In this document: positions 28,691 to 38,052 of the stretch, one piece after another | Layout: the number at the start of each line of letters is the position of its first letter | Numbering within the stretch: the stretch's first letter is position 1 | Assembly (NCBI GenBank): GCA_043765375.1 | Contig: JAYUJH010000016.1 | Coordinates: 27,846-91,845, forward strand | Reading direction: 5' to 3' | Origin: Alphaproteobacteria bacterium | GTDB lineage: Bacteria; Pseudomonadota; Alphaproteobacteria; Rickettsiales; UBA998 | Length of the DNA: 64,000 nucleotides | Made by a program: the position numbers and the translations under genes | The notes under the pieces: model-generated | What the model saw: only the letters and a program-made list of their open reading frames with translations | The model's database searches: none | What the model was told of the DNA's origin: nothing

Positions 28691-30058
28691 ATGCAAAACA
28701 ATGGTGCAAAAATGGCGACTAATATGGCAAATGAACTAGCAAATAAGCAAGATTTTCAAATAACTGAAACAGCAGTGACGGGTGAAGCTAAAGGCTTGAC
28801 TCGCATATTTGAGGTGATAATCAACCATCAAGTAATGGATAAAAAAATTGATGCAGAATTGCTAGAAGTTGGCAAAAAAGTTAATATTGCTGGGTTTCGT
28901 GCGGGGAAAGTGCCACTTAATGTGTTGCGTCAGAAATATAAAGATAATGTGTTGCGTGATGCGTTGAACGAAACGGTGGAAGCAGCTTTGCAAACAACGA
29001 TTACTCAACATAATATAACTCCTGCTTTGATGCCTGATATTAAAGTGGATAATTATGAAGAGGGTGTAGATATTAAAATCGCTATAACGATTGATATTAT
29101 GCCTGAAGTTGATGACATTGATTTCAGCAAAATAACGCTGGAAAAGCCAATAATTGAGATTGATGACGCAGAATTAGAGCGGGAATTGGGCGTGATTGCC
29201 AAGGGCAACCAAAGTTTGGTGGATAAAGAAGGTGATGCAATGGCTGAAAATGGTGACGTGGTCAATTTTGATTTCAAGGGCTATGTTGACGGCGTGGCGT
29301 TTGAAGGCGGCGAGGCGACATATTTTGATTTGGAGCTTGGTTCAAAACGCTTTATTGATGGGTTTGAAGCGCAATTAATCGGCTGCAAAGCTGGTGATGC
29401 TAAAGATGTTATAGTCACATTCCCTGAAAATTATGGCAAAGCGGATTTGTCAGGCAAGGAAGCTCGGTTTGAAGTGAAGATACACAAGGTTCAAGTTGGG
29501 GTTGCGGCAGAAATTAATGACGAGTTTGCGCAAAAAATGCGGTTTGAAAATGTTGAAGATTTGCGTCAAGCATTCAAAGGAATGATGATGGAGCAGCATC
29601 AAGGGGCAACCCGTGATTTCATTAAAAAGAAATTATTTGATCAGCTAGAGCAATTGTGCAGTTTTGATGTGCCAGCGAAAATGTTGGCGTTGGAAGCACA
29701 GGAAATTGAGCGACAAACCAAAAATAATGATGAAAAAATTGAGCAAGATGAATGCACAAAAATTGCTAAGCGTCGTGTTCAGTTGGGGATTTTGCTCTCC
29801 ACCACTGCCAAGCGTAACGGAATCACGGTGACGAGTGATGAGCTAAATCAAGCATTGCAAGCTCGCCTAGCTGCATATCCTGATAATCAGAAGCAAGTTA
29901 TTGATTTTTATCGCAAAAATCCAGAAAAAGTTCAAGCGTTAGGTGGGCCAATTTTGGAAGAGAAAACGGTTGATTTTATATTGAGCAAAGCAATAATTGT
30001 GGAGAAAACTTATTCCATTGAAGAGTTTATTAAATTGGAAGAAAGCGAAGCAGCATAA
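28691..30058 (+). CDS. tig: Trigger factor
   Basis: The motif GFRAGKVP is present, together with an FKBP-type middle domain (FDFKGYVDGVAFEGG). It sits upstream of clpP. Confidence 0.9.
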   Translation: MQNNGAKMATNMANELANKQDFQITETAVTGEAKGLTRIFEVIINHQVMDKKIDAELLEVGKKVNIAGFRAGKVPLNVLRQKYKDNVLRDALNETVEAALQTTITQHNITPALMPDIKVDNYEEGVDIKIAITIDIMPEVDDIDFSKITLEKPIIEIDDAELERELGVIAKGNQSLVDKEGDAMAENGDVVNFDFKGYVDGVAFEGGEATYFDLELGSKRFIDGFEAQLIGCKAGDAKDVIVTFPENYGKADLSGKEARFEVKIHKVQVGVAAEINDEFAQKMRFENVEDLRQAFKGMMMEQHQGATRDFIKKKLFDQLEQLCSFDVPAKMLALEAQEIERQTKNNDEKIEQDECTKIAKRRVQLGILLSTTAKRNGITVTSDELNQALQARLAAYPDNQKQVIDFYRKNPEKVQALGGPILEEKTVDFILSKAIIVEKTYSIEEFIKLEESEAA

Positions 30059-30113
30059 ACTATTTGTTAATGAATAAATGTGTATATAGTTAAAAATAAA
30101 TTGGGGAATATAA

Positions 30114-30758
30114 ATGATTTTTTCAAAAGATGATATGTTAGATGCTTACGCAGATTTAGTTCCAATGGTGGTTGAGCAAACCAACCGAGGCGAGCGTTCG
30201 TATGATATTTTCTCACGCCTGCTGAAAGAGCGGATTATATTCCTAACTGGTCAAGTGCATGATGGAATGTCTACGCTGATTGTGGCGCAATTGCTATTTT
30301 TGGAATCAGAAAATCCTGATAAGGAAATATCAATGTATATTAATTCTCCGGGAGGAGTTGTTACTTCTGGCTTGGCGATTTATGATACAATGCAATATAT
30401 TCGCCCGAAAATATCAACTCTTTGCATTGGGCAAGCGGCTAGTATGGGGTCATTATTGCTGACTGCAGGCGAGAAGGGCAAGCGTTACGTCACGCCGAAT
30501 GCACGCATTATGATTCATCAACCATCTGGCGGGTATCGTGGGCAAGCGACTGATATTGAGATTCATGCGCAGGAAATATTAAACCTGAAGAAACGTTTGA
30601 ATAATTTATATGTGCATCATACGGGGCAGAAATTACCGATGATTGAAAAATCAATGGAGCGTGATAATTTCATGAGTGCGGAAGATGCTTTGAAGTTTGG
30701 CTTGGTTGATGAAATAATTAATGTTCGCCAAACCAAAGAAAAGCCTGTGAAAGAATAA
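30114..30758 (+). CDS. clpP: ATP-dependent Clp protease proteolytic subunit
   Basis: The motifs [26 protein letters not shown] (catalytic Ser) and IMIHQPSGG are present. Confidence 0.95.
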   Translation: MIFSKDDMLDAYADLVPMVVEQTNRGERSYDIFSRLLKERIIFLTGQVHDGMSTLIVAQLLFLESENPDKEISMYINSPGGVVTSGLAIYDTMQYIRPKISTLCIGQAASMGSLLLTAGEKGKRYVTPNARIMIHQPSGGYRGQATDIEIHAQEILNLKKRLNNLYVHHTGQKLPMIEKSMERDNFMSAEDALKFGLVDEIINVRQTKEKPVKE

Positions 30759-30797
30759 ATATTGAAATATTCATATAGATTTATAACATAATTTTAT

Positions 30798-31919
30798 ATG
30801 ACAGCGTTATATATTCATTGGCCATTTTGCAAAAAGAAATGTCCCTATTGTGATTTCAATTCTCATGTGCGCTCAAATGTTGAATATGATGATTGGCAAA
30901 AAGCATTATTTAATGAAATGCAATATATGGCAGAAATTAGCAATGTTAAAAATGTTAGTAGCATTTTTTTTGGGGGAGGAACTCCGTCACTAATGCCAGT
31001 GTCGTTAGTTAGTGCGTTAATTAATGAAGCAGAGCGAATATTTGGATTTGATGGCGATATTGAAATCACGCTGGAAGCTAACCCAACTTCATTTGAGGCG
31101 GATAAGTTCAAGCAGTTCAAAGCGGCGGGAGTGAACCGATTATCGCTTGGAGTTCAGGCTTTGAACGATGCGGATTTAGCATTTTTAGGGCGGGAACATT
31201 CGGCGAAAGAGGCGATAAATGTGTTGGATATGGCGCAAAAAATCTTCACCCGCTTTTCGTTTGATTTGATTTATGCTCGCCCCAACCAAACACCAACAAA
31301 GTGGCGAGGTGAATTGACGGAAGCCCTGCAATTTTTGCCCACTCACCTTTCATTATATCAACTAACGATTGAGGAGGATACGCCATTTGCTCGCCTACAT
31401 GCTGCCCGCAAGTTTGCTTTGCCCGATGAAGATTGCGCAATTGAACTTTATGAAATCACCGAAGAATTATGCAATATCAATAGCTTGCATTCTTATGAAG
31501 TTTCAAATTATGCGGCAACAAATCAACAAAGTTCGCATAATTTAACCTATTGGCGGGGCGGTGATTATATTGGAATTGGAGCGGGAGCGCATGGTAGGAT
31601 TTTGGATCATGACGGGCAGTGGTTTGCAACCCAGACTTACAAAAGACCTGAGAGATGGCTGGAGCGTGCGAGCAAAAATCGTCATGCGATTGAAATTATG
31701 CAGCCTTTGAGTGCGATTGAACGGGCGGAGGAAATATTGCTAACGGGGTTGCGCCTGCGTGAGGGTATTGAAATTGCCAAGATTGCGCCCGCCCTGAATG
31801 TGGCAAAAATGCAACTTCTTGCCGAAATGAATCTGATAAATATAACGCATACGCACATCATTATCAGCAAAAATGGGCAATTGTTGATAGAAAATATTGC
31901 ACGGGAGCTGATATTATAA
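30798..31919 (+). CDS. hemW: Radical SAM heme chaperone HemW (HemN-like)
   Basis: The N-terminus YIHWPFCKKKCPYCDF carries the CxxxCxxC motif. GGGTPS is present and the length is 373 aa. Confidence 0.85.
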   Translation: MTALYIHWPFCKKKCPYCDFNSHVRSNVEYDDWQKALFNEMQYMAEISNVKNVSSIFFGGGTPSLMPVSLVSALINEAERIFGFDGDIEITLEANPTSFEADKFKQFKAAGVNRLSLGVQALNDADLAFLGREHSAKEAINVLDMAQKIFTRFSFDLIYARPNQTPTKWRGELTEALQFLPTHLSLYQLTIEEDTPFARLHAARKFALPDEDCAIELYEITEELCNINSLHSYEVSNYAATNQQSSHNLTYWRGGDYIGIGAGAHGRILDHDGQWFATQTYKRPERWLERASKNRHAIEIMQPLSAIERAEEILLTGLRLREGIEIAKIAPALNVAKMQLLAEMNLINITHTHIIISKNGQLLIENIARELIL

Positions 31920-31925
31920 TAATAT

Positions 31926-32975
31926 GTGGTTGAAAATATTGTCATAAGGTTAAATATAATGAGTGAACTAATCAGTAAATCATCTAATTCGTTAATGAGC
32001 AATTCCTCAATAAGCATAACTTCAATATATAATATGTCAATTATACCAGCTATTATGGTTGGGTTAAGCGTCGTCGGATTGGGCGTTTTCGGATTGGGCG
32101 TATTTGCTTTTGGTGGGAATGCGAATGCGCAATATCTGCAAGTGCCATCATCGCAAGTTACACAACAAAATGTTGCACCACAAAATGTTGGAACGCAACC
32201 CGCAACAATGAACACACCCGCAATCATTAATACGCCCGTGATTAATAATGTTCAAGATACGGTAAAAAACTTAGCTGCACCGAACTCAGCAGCACAAAAT
32301 GGATTTGCACCGAGTGGATTAAAGCTAAATGAGATTGCACCTGCAAATAACATGTCAATGCCCGTAACAAATCCCGTAGCTAGACCGTTGATAAATCCAA
32401 TGAATAACACGATATCAAATCAATTATCGCCTCTGGAACTAGCTCCAGCAATAGTTGCACCAGCAAATATTTCTCCAGAGCAGGCGCAGCAACAGACGCA
32501 AGATTTTTTGCCTGAAACTTTTGTGAATCCAAGCCAGATTCCAGCAAATAATGAGCCAACAAATAATCAGCCAAATGTTTCTGCGCCAGTGACTTCATCA
32601 CCAATGACATCAACGCCAACATATGTTAAAAATGGCGGAGAAATAATAGATTTGCAACCAGTTGCCACCGCATCATTCCCTTATCTGAGTGGTGGAATTG
32701 GTGCAGATGAAGTTGCTAACATGCAATCGCAAAAAATGAATTATAATTTTCACATTATGAGTGCGGACAAAACAGGACATTTTACTGGTGAAATTGCGCT
32801 AACCATCAAAAATGGAAGCGGAGCAACCTTATTTGCGAGTGATGCGGGGCCGTTATTTTATGCGACTCTGCCGAATGGAAATTACACGGTGATGGGTGAA
32901 CGTGAGGGCGTGGTCAAATCACAAAAAATTAGTGTGAGGCAAGGCAACCCAGCGCATATTCATTTTGGTTGGTAA
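31926..32975 (+). CDS. Membrane/secreted protein with a P/N/Q-rich linker and a C-terminal carboxypeptidase-regulatory-like beta domain
   Basis: A hydrophobic segment with a GLGVFGLGVF repeat is present. The C-terminal GGIGADE...ALTIKNGSGATLF...ATLPNGNYTVMGEREG segment resembles CarboxypepD_reg-like proteins. The true start is probably an internal Met. Confidence 0.45.
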   Translation: MVENIVIRLNIMSELISKSSNSLMSNSSISITSIYNMSIIPAIMVGLSVVGLGVFGLGVFAFGGNANAQYLQVPSSQVTQQNVAPQNVGTQPATMNTPAIINTPVINNVQDTVKNLAAPNSAAQNGFAPSGLKLNEIAPANNMSMPVTNPVARPLINPMNNTISNQLSPLELAPAIVAPANISPEQAQQQTQDFLPETFVNPSQIPANNEPTNNQPNVSAPVTSSPMTSTPTYVKNGGEIIDLQPVATASFPYLSGGIGADEVANMQSQKMNYNFHIMSADKTGHFTGEIALTIKNGSGATLFASDAGPLFYATLPNGNYTVMGEREGVVKSQKISVRQGNPAHIHFGW

Positions 32976-33000
32976 TTATGACTGCTGAAAGTAATAAATA

Positions 33001-34233
33001 TTGGGTAAAAACATAGATATGATGGATTTGTTTCAACAAGTTCAACATGATTATTTCACGCCGAGCAATAATAATGTTGCAAATGTGGTTTATGATGAAA
33101 ATCCGCTTTATGGTTCGCTTGCTGATGAATCAGTGCTGAATATTTTGCGCTTAATTCGCTCAGAAAATGTGGGGCCAATCACATTTTTCAAATTGCTAAC
33201 TCGCTATAAAACGGTGGAGAAAGCTATAGCTGCCTTGCCAATGCTTGCACTTCGTGGTGGAGCAAAACGTGATATTCGGTTATGTAGTTTGGAGGTGGCG
33301 CAGGCAGAAATTGAGGCAACAAAATCTTTTGGTGCAACATTCGTGCCTTATGGGCATATATATTATCCTAAATTATTAATGCAAATTGCTGATGCTCCAC
33401 CAATATTAACGGTGAAGGGACACCCGCATTTGCTTAACTCCAAGCCAATTTTAGCGATTATTGGCGCACGCAACGCATCAGGTAATGCTTGCCGTTTTGC
33501 TGCTAATATTGCCACAGAGTTAGGCAAATCAAATTATATTGTAGCATCTGGGTTGGCTCGGGGAATTGATACTTACGCGCATCAAGGGGCAATTGATAGC
33601 GGGACTATCGGGGTGATAGCTGGTGGAATTAACCAGATATATCCTGCTGAAAACAAAGCATTATTTGAGAAAATGGCAGAATTAGGGGTGATAGTCACGG
33701 AATATGCGTTTGGAACTCCGCCACAAAATCGCTTTTTTCCTGCTCGCAACCGTTTGATTGCTGGAATGGCAAAAGCGGTAGTAGTGGTTGAAGCGGCGAG
33801 TAAATCAGGCTCGCTTATCACCGCTAAATATGCACTGGAATATAACCGTGAGATTTTCGCCGTCCCTGGATTTCCGCTAGATCCTCGCTCAGCAGGGACT
33901 AACCACTTAATTCAGCAAGGGGCAATGCTAGTATCATCGGCACATGATGTGGTGGATTATATGGCAACTCGCCCACAATTTATGCGTGATTGTCATTCTA
34001 TCGCATCATATTATCTGGGCGAAAACGAGAATGACGATGATGATCAAACACTTGATGTTGAACGTGATATGATTTTGAGTTTGCTCGGTCATACGCCGTT
34101 AATGATTGAGGATATTTTGCAAATGACGAATATCGCTCCCAAAATTGTCAATGTGATTTTGCTGGAACTGGAGATTGCGGGCATGACTAATCATCATATT
34201 AATGGTGGAATTAGTCGCAAATATGATGATTAA
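33001..34233 (+). CDS. dprA: DNA-processing protein DprA (Smf)
   Basis: The motifs IIGARNAS, SGLARGIDTYAHQGA, FPARNRLIAG and VVVEAASKSGSLITA are present. Confidence 0.9.
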   Translation: MGKNIDMMDLFQQVQHDYFTPSNNNVANVVYDENPLYGSLADESVLNILRLIRSENVGPITFFKLLTRYKTVEKAIAALPMLALRGGAKRDIRLCSLEVAQAEIEATKSFGATFVPYGHIYYPKLLMQIADAPPILTVKGHPHLLNSKPILAIIGARNASGNACRFAANIATELGKSNYIVASGLARGIDTYAHQGAIDSGTIGVIAGGINQIYPAENKALFEKMAELGVIVTEYAFGTPPQNRFFPARNRLIAGMAKAVVVVEAASKSGSLITAKYALEYNREIFAVPGFPLDPRSAGTNHLIQQGAMLVSSAHDVVDYMATRPQFMRDCHSIASYYLGENENDDDDQTLDVERDMILSLLGHTPLMIEDILQMTNIAPKIVNVILLELEIAGMTNHHINGGISRKYDD

Positions 34234-34240
34234 AATATGA

Positions 34241-34412
34241 GAGCTTCACTTTAGGAGTGATGCTAAGTGAATGTGTTGTTGTGCCTGTGTATTGTGCATT
34301 CGTCATTGCGAGAGAAGCGAAGCAATCCAGAAAACTGCTTATGTGATTGAATTGCCACGTCAGACTTACGTCCTCATCGCAATGACCATGTCACTCCTAA
34401 TGTGAAACCCTC
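34241..34412. mobile_element. ~170-bp nested-palindrome MITE/RPE-like intergenic element
   Basis: The outer inverted repeat tcactttaggagtga (34246-34260) pairs with tcactcctaatgtga (34391-34405), matching 14 of 15 positions. The inner inverted repeat gtcattgcgag (34302-34312) pairs with ctcatcgcaatgac (34373-34386). The element has no ORF and contains the ttcgtcat head shared with other intergenic copies. Confidence 0.6.
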
Positions 34413-34460
34413 TAAAATATAGATTGGCATATTTCATGGTGCAAATATTATCTCACAGTC

Positions 34461-34530
34461 CAACTTTCATGGCGTAACTTACACGGCGCAACTTGCATGA
34501 TGCAACCTTCATGGTGCAACCGTGCGGGTG
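34461..34530. repeat. Five degenerate 14-bp tandem repeats spanning the 3' end of the kinase gene
   Basis: The units are caactttcatggcg / taacttacacggcg / caacttgcatgatg / caaccttcatggtg / caaccgtgcgggtg. Confidence 0.55.
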
Positions 34531-36062
34531 ATTTCCTTCAATTTGGCTGCAAGTTGCTTGAGAGTGAAGGGTTTTGCGAGAAAATGAAACTCACGATTAC
34601 TGCTTACCCCCCCTGCGAAAGCGTCCTCGGCGTAACCTGAGATAAACACCACTTGCACCTTGCTCATTTGCTCGGGGAATTGCGCATCTAAGGTTTCAAT
34701 CATGGTGGGGCCATTCATTGCGGGCATTACCACATCGCTGATAATCACCTCAATGCGATCTTTGTTGGCGGCATAAACCTCTAGCCCATTTTCAGCACAA
34801 TCGGCTGCAATCACCTCATATCCTTTGTTTTGCAACGCTCTTGCTGCAAAAATACGAACTGGAGTTTCATCTTCCACCAGCAAAATTGTCGCTGCTCCTG
34901 TTAAATCTTGAGTGTCATTTATAATAGCGGTTGCGATATTTTTGCTTAATTCATCGTTATCAAGCAATCGTGGGAAGTAAATATGAAAAATTGTTCCTGC
35001 GCCTTCTTGCGTTTGCAAATAAATATATCCGCCCGTTTGTTTGACAATTCCATAAACGGTGGATAACCCCAAACCAGTGCCACTGCCAACTTCTTTGGTG
35101 GAGAAAAATGGCTCAAAGATGTTGTCAATCACGGATTCAGGAATGCCTGTTCCACTATCTTCTATGATGATTGCCACATAATCACCATCTATTGCTACGT
35201 CCTCTTGCGGGGGAATATGCAGAGATTTATCTAACATATTTTGTTGGTTAATGGTGATATTGCGAGTTTTAATGGATAATGTTCCACCATTTTTCATTGC
35301 ATCACGAGCATTAACTGCTAGGTTGATTAATACTTGTTCAAATTGCCCTTGGTCGGCTTTGATTGCCCATAAATCACGCTGATGATGAGTGATTAACTCA
35401 ATATTTTCACCAATCAAGCGGCGTATCAGGTTGGATAATTCCGCAATCACATCAACTAAATCTATGCGCTTTGGCTGCAATGTTTGACGGCGTGAAAATG
35501 CTAGCAATTGCCGCACCAAATTGGCCGCTCGGTTAGCATTTTGTTTGACTTGGATAATATCAGCAAATGACGGGTCACCAGCGGGGTGACGCAATAATAG
35601 CAAATCACAAAAGCCGATCATAGCGGTGAGGAGATTATTGAAATCATGAGCAATTCCACCCGCTAACTGCCCAACTGCTTGCATTTTTTGCGAATGAGCA
35701 AAACGCATTTCCAAGTTTTTCTGCTCGGTTACATCATGGATAAACAAAAATATGCGCTTTGATTCCCCCTCCAAATGCAACATATTAAGCATGATATTCA
35801 CCTCAATTTCACCTATTTTTAAGGTAAATGGCGAAGGTGGAGCATTATTAAAAGTATTTTTTAGCAACCATTCAAATGATTGCCGTTCATTTTCCACCAA
35901 ATAATGGAAGAAATGCGTTTGGCAAGGCGAATGGCGAATAATTTTCTCAAATGCTTCATTTTGATAAATCACTGCTGCGCTAGCGTCAATTTCCACCATC
36001 GGGATTGGCGCATTGGCAAGCAATAATTCCAAAGTTTTATCTTTTGTAGCAAATAATTTCAT
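34509..36062 (-). CDS. cckA: Hybrid sensor histidine kinase/response regulator, CckA-like (PAS + HisKA + HATPase_c + REC), lacking TM segments
   Basis: The H-box [23 protein letters not shown] is typical of CckA. The N-box [12 protein letters not shown], the G-boxes DSGTGI and GTGLGLS, and a C-terminal receiver (ILLVEDE...DVVMP...K) are present. Confidence 0.75.
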   Translation of the reverse strand: MKLFATKDKTLELLLANAPIPMVEIDASAAVIYQNEAFEKIIRHSPCQTHFFHYLVENERQSFEWLLKNTFNNAPPSPFTLKIGEIEVNIMLNMLHLEGESKRIFLFIHDVTEQKNLEMRFAHSQKMQAVGQLAGGIAHDFNNLLTAMIGFCDLLLLRHPAGDPSFADIIQVKQNANRAANLVRQLLAFSRRQTLQPKRIDLVDVIAELSNLIRRLIGENIELITHHQRDLWAIKADQGQFEQVLINLAVNARDAMKNGGTLSIKTRNITINQQNMLDKSLHIPPQEDVAIDGDYVAIIIEDSGTGIPESVIDNIFEPFFSTKEVGSGTGLGLSTVYGIVKQTGGYIYLQTQEGAGTIFHIYFPRLLDNDELSKNIATAIINDTQDLTGAATILLVEDETPVRIFAARALQNKGYEVIAADCAENGLEVYAANKDRIEVIISDVVMPAMNGPTMIETLDAQFPEQMSKVQVVFISGYAEDAFAGGVSSNREFHFLAKPFTLKQLAAKLKEITRTVAP

Positions 36063-36071
36063 AATATTTTT

Positions 36072-37070
36072 TTACCCAGAAATCATGTTAGCTAAGACGA
36101 TTTTACCAAGAGTGATTTTTGGTGAATTATCATGATTATGAATATAAAAATGCGAAATATTAGTCGCAATAATAGCCCCATTTTTGCCCTTAAACTCCAA
36201 AAAATCATGGTTAAATGCGGCTTTGTTGAAATGTAGCGGGCTATAATTTTCAACATTTGCGACAAAATCAGTGATTTTTCTATCCACCAATTTATGTGCA
36301 TCAACTGCCCCAACCAAACGAGCAAACCCATCAGTGCAAGCCATGATTTCGCTATCATTATCCAGCAAATAAGCGATTTCGTCTTGATTGGTAAATAAAT
36401 CATTGAGTAATTGCTTGGCATCTTCTGCGCTGAAGTTACTATTTTCGCTAACATTATTGCGATTAACTTGAAATGTTCTTGCGCTCACGAAAAAATAACC
36501 TGACGGGCGAGGAAGTGGCGTTAGCGAAATACGAACTAATTCACGCTCATTTTCAATATCAATAAATACATCAATATCACAAGTTTGACGCTTGATTAAA
36601 GCCTCGTTTAATATCTCCAAATTGCCCTGCGAGTTCTCACTTTGCGCTATTATATTATCTAACACAAGCGAATTATTTTTGATTAAATCGGGGAATAATT
36701 TATAAAACTTGCTATCTGCATAATATAATTGATCTTCCTTGCTGATGATTAGCGAAAATAATTTGCCATTGCGAAAGGCTGAAGAAAATAGCGCGTTTTG
36801 AAACTCAATTGAAGTGACAAGGTCTAAATGTTTTTGAATGGCGATGATGGAGTGAATGCTCACCCCCGCCATGATGCACATGATGGTGATGATTGCGCCA
36901 ACAACTCCTATTTTATTATGTAAATCTAGTGCAAACAAAGCCATTACAAGCAGGGCTGCAATCAAATAATGAGTGGCAGCCTTCCACAGCGTGCCGTTGC
37001 GCTTACGATAAACGAAATCAGATTCCGCCTTAAACTTTTCATCAACATTCACTTCATAATAACGGGTCAT
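36072..37070 (-). CDS. Membrane-anchored sensor module (2 TM + PAS-like regions), probably the N-terminal part of the CckA-like kinase
   Basis: Two hydrophobic helices are present (HYLIAALLVMALFAL; VVGAIITIMCIMAGVSIHSIIAI), with no output domain. It is in the same reading frame as the downstream kinase ORF, separated by TAA plus 3 codons. Confidence 0.55.
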   Translation of the reverse strand: MTRYYEVNVDEKFKAESDFVYRKRNGTLWKAATHYLIAALLVMALFALDLHNKIGVVGAIITIMCIMAGVSIHSIIAIQKHLDLVTSIEFQNALFSSAFRNGKLFSLIISKEDQLYYADSKFYKLFPDLIKNNSLVLDNIIAQSENSQGNLEILNEALIKRQTCDIDVFIDIENERELVRISLTPLPRPSGYFFVSARTFQVNRNNVSENSNFSAEDAKQLLNDLFTNQDEIAYLLDNDSEIMACTDGFARLVGAVDAHKLVDRKITDFVANVENYSPLHFNKAAFNHDFLEFKGKNGAIIATNISHFYIHNHDNSPKITLGKIVLANMISG

Positions 37071-37241
37071 TATTTTTTCAATCTATAAAAATTATTAGTA
37101 TTTAACAAAGCATATAATTATGTTTATTTGGTTAATTTTTTACTTATTTTTGTAAAATAGTTAGGTTGTGTTCTAATTTCGCTGATGCACTAGCGAAATC
37201 ATAACATAACCTTATCTAATATAACCTCATTTAACACAACC

Positions 37242-37973
37242 TCATTTAATGAAGTCCATTAATTCTAACACTTCAATGCGGTGGTTGGGTAATTGTGGAA
37301 TTGCACGCACATCGGGGCTGGAGAAAATAACCATACCACCTTTGTCAGCGTGAGAGTTTAACAGCCCGCAAAGTAAATTAATTCCGCTTGCATCTAAATG
37401 GTTGAATGGCTCGTCTAAAATCCATAATGTTGCGGGGATTAGCAATAATCGTGTGAGTGCAACTCGGCGTTTCCACCCACTAGAGAGGTCAGATACACGA
37501 TGTTGGAGATATGGTTTTAATTGCATATAATGTATGCTAGCGGGCAGGCGTTGTGGTTGCCCCCATAATGTTGCGATATATTCTAATTGTCGTTGCACGG
37601 TTAGAGTTGGAATTAAACCATTAGCATCACCAAGCCATATCATTTTACCGTCATAATCCTCGGGGCGATTAATTGGCAAGCCACAAAATGTTAAATCACC
37701 GCTTTCAATATGATGCAAGCCCGCTAATTGTTTGAGAAATGTGGTTTTACCTGTGCCATTTGGGGCAGTAACGGCTATGATTGCCCCTTCAGTTAGAGTT
37801 AGGGTAACATTCTCATAGAGCATCACTCCTTGCATTTGCGCCGATATATTATTAAGCGTTAGCGTTGTCTGTGGCAGCTGTGGTAGCTGTGGATTTTGTG
37901 GGTTTTGCTGGTGAATGTGTGTTGATTGTTCCATATTATTAAAATATCTAGCAATAAAACCATTAATACACAA
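37242..37973 (-). CDS. ccmA: Heme exporter ATP-binding protein CcmA
   Basis: Walker A APNGTGKTT, the signature LSSGWKRRVALTRLL and Walker B LWILDEP are present. It has a short ABC architecture of ~200 aa after a QNPQNPQLPQLPQ N-terminal extension. Confidence 0.7.
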   Translation of the reverse strand: MCINGFIARYFNNMEQSTHIHQQNPQNPQLPQLPQTTLTLNNISAQMQGVMLYENVTLTLTEGAIIAVTAPNGTGKTTFLKQLAGLHHIESGDLTFCGLPINRPEDYDGKMIWLGDANGLIPTLTVQRQLEYIATLWGQPQRLPASIHYMQLKPYLQHRVSDLSSGWKRRVALTRLLLIPATLWILDEPFNHLDASGINLLCGLLNSHADKGGMVIFSSPDVRAIPQLPNHRIEVLELMDFIK

Positions 37974-38052
37974 ATATAACTTGCATAATTATAATAAAAA
38001 ATTAAAAGTTTTATTATAATAATTCATATTCATTGATAAATCAGGGGAATAA

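Noticed and set aside
30759-30797. The absence of clpX after clpP, considered as a deletion scar.
   Set aside because: The 39-bp spacer is clean and hemW follows with a normal start. It is more simply explained by the general operon scrambling and is not separately informative.
37176-37199. A hairpin atttcgct-N8-agcgaaat downstream of ccmA, considered as an intrinsic terminator.
   Set aside because: No U-tract follows the stem on the transcribed (minus) strand, and the stem is only 8 bp and AT-rich. The evidence is insufficient.
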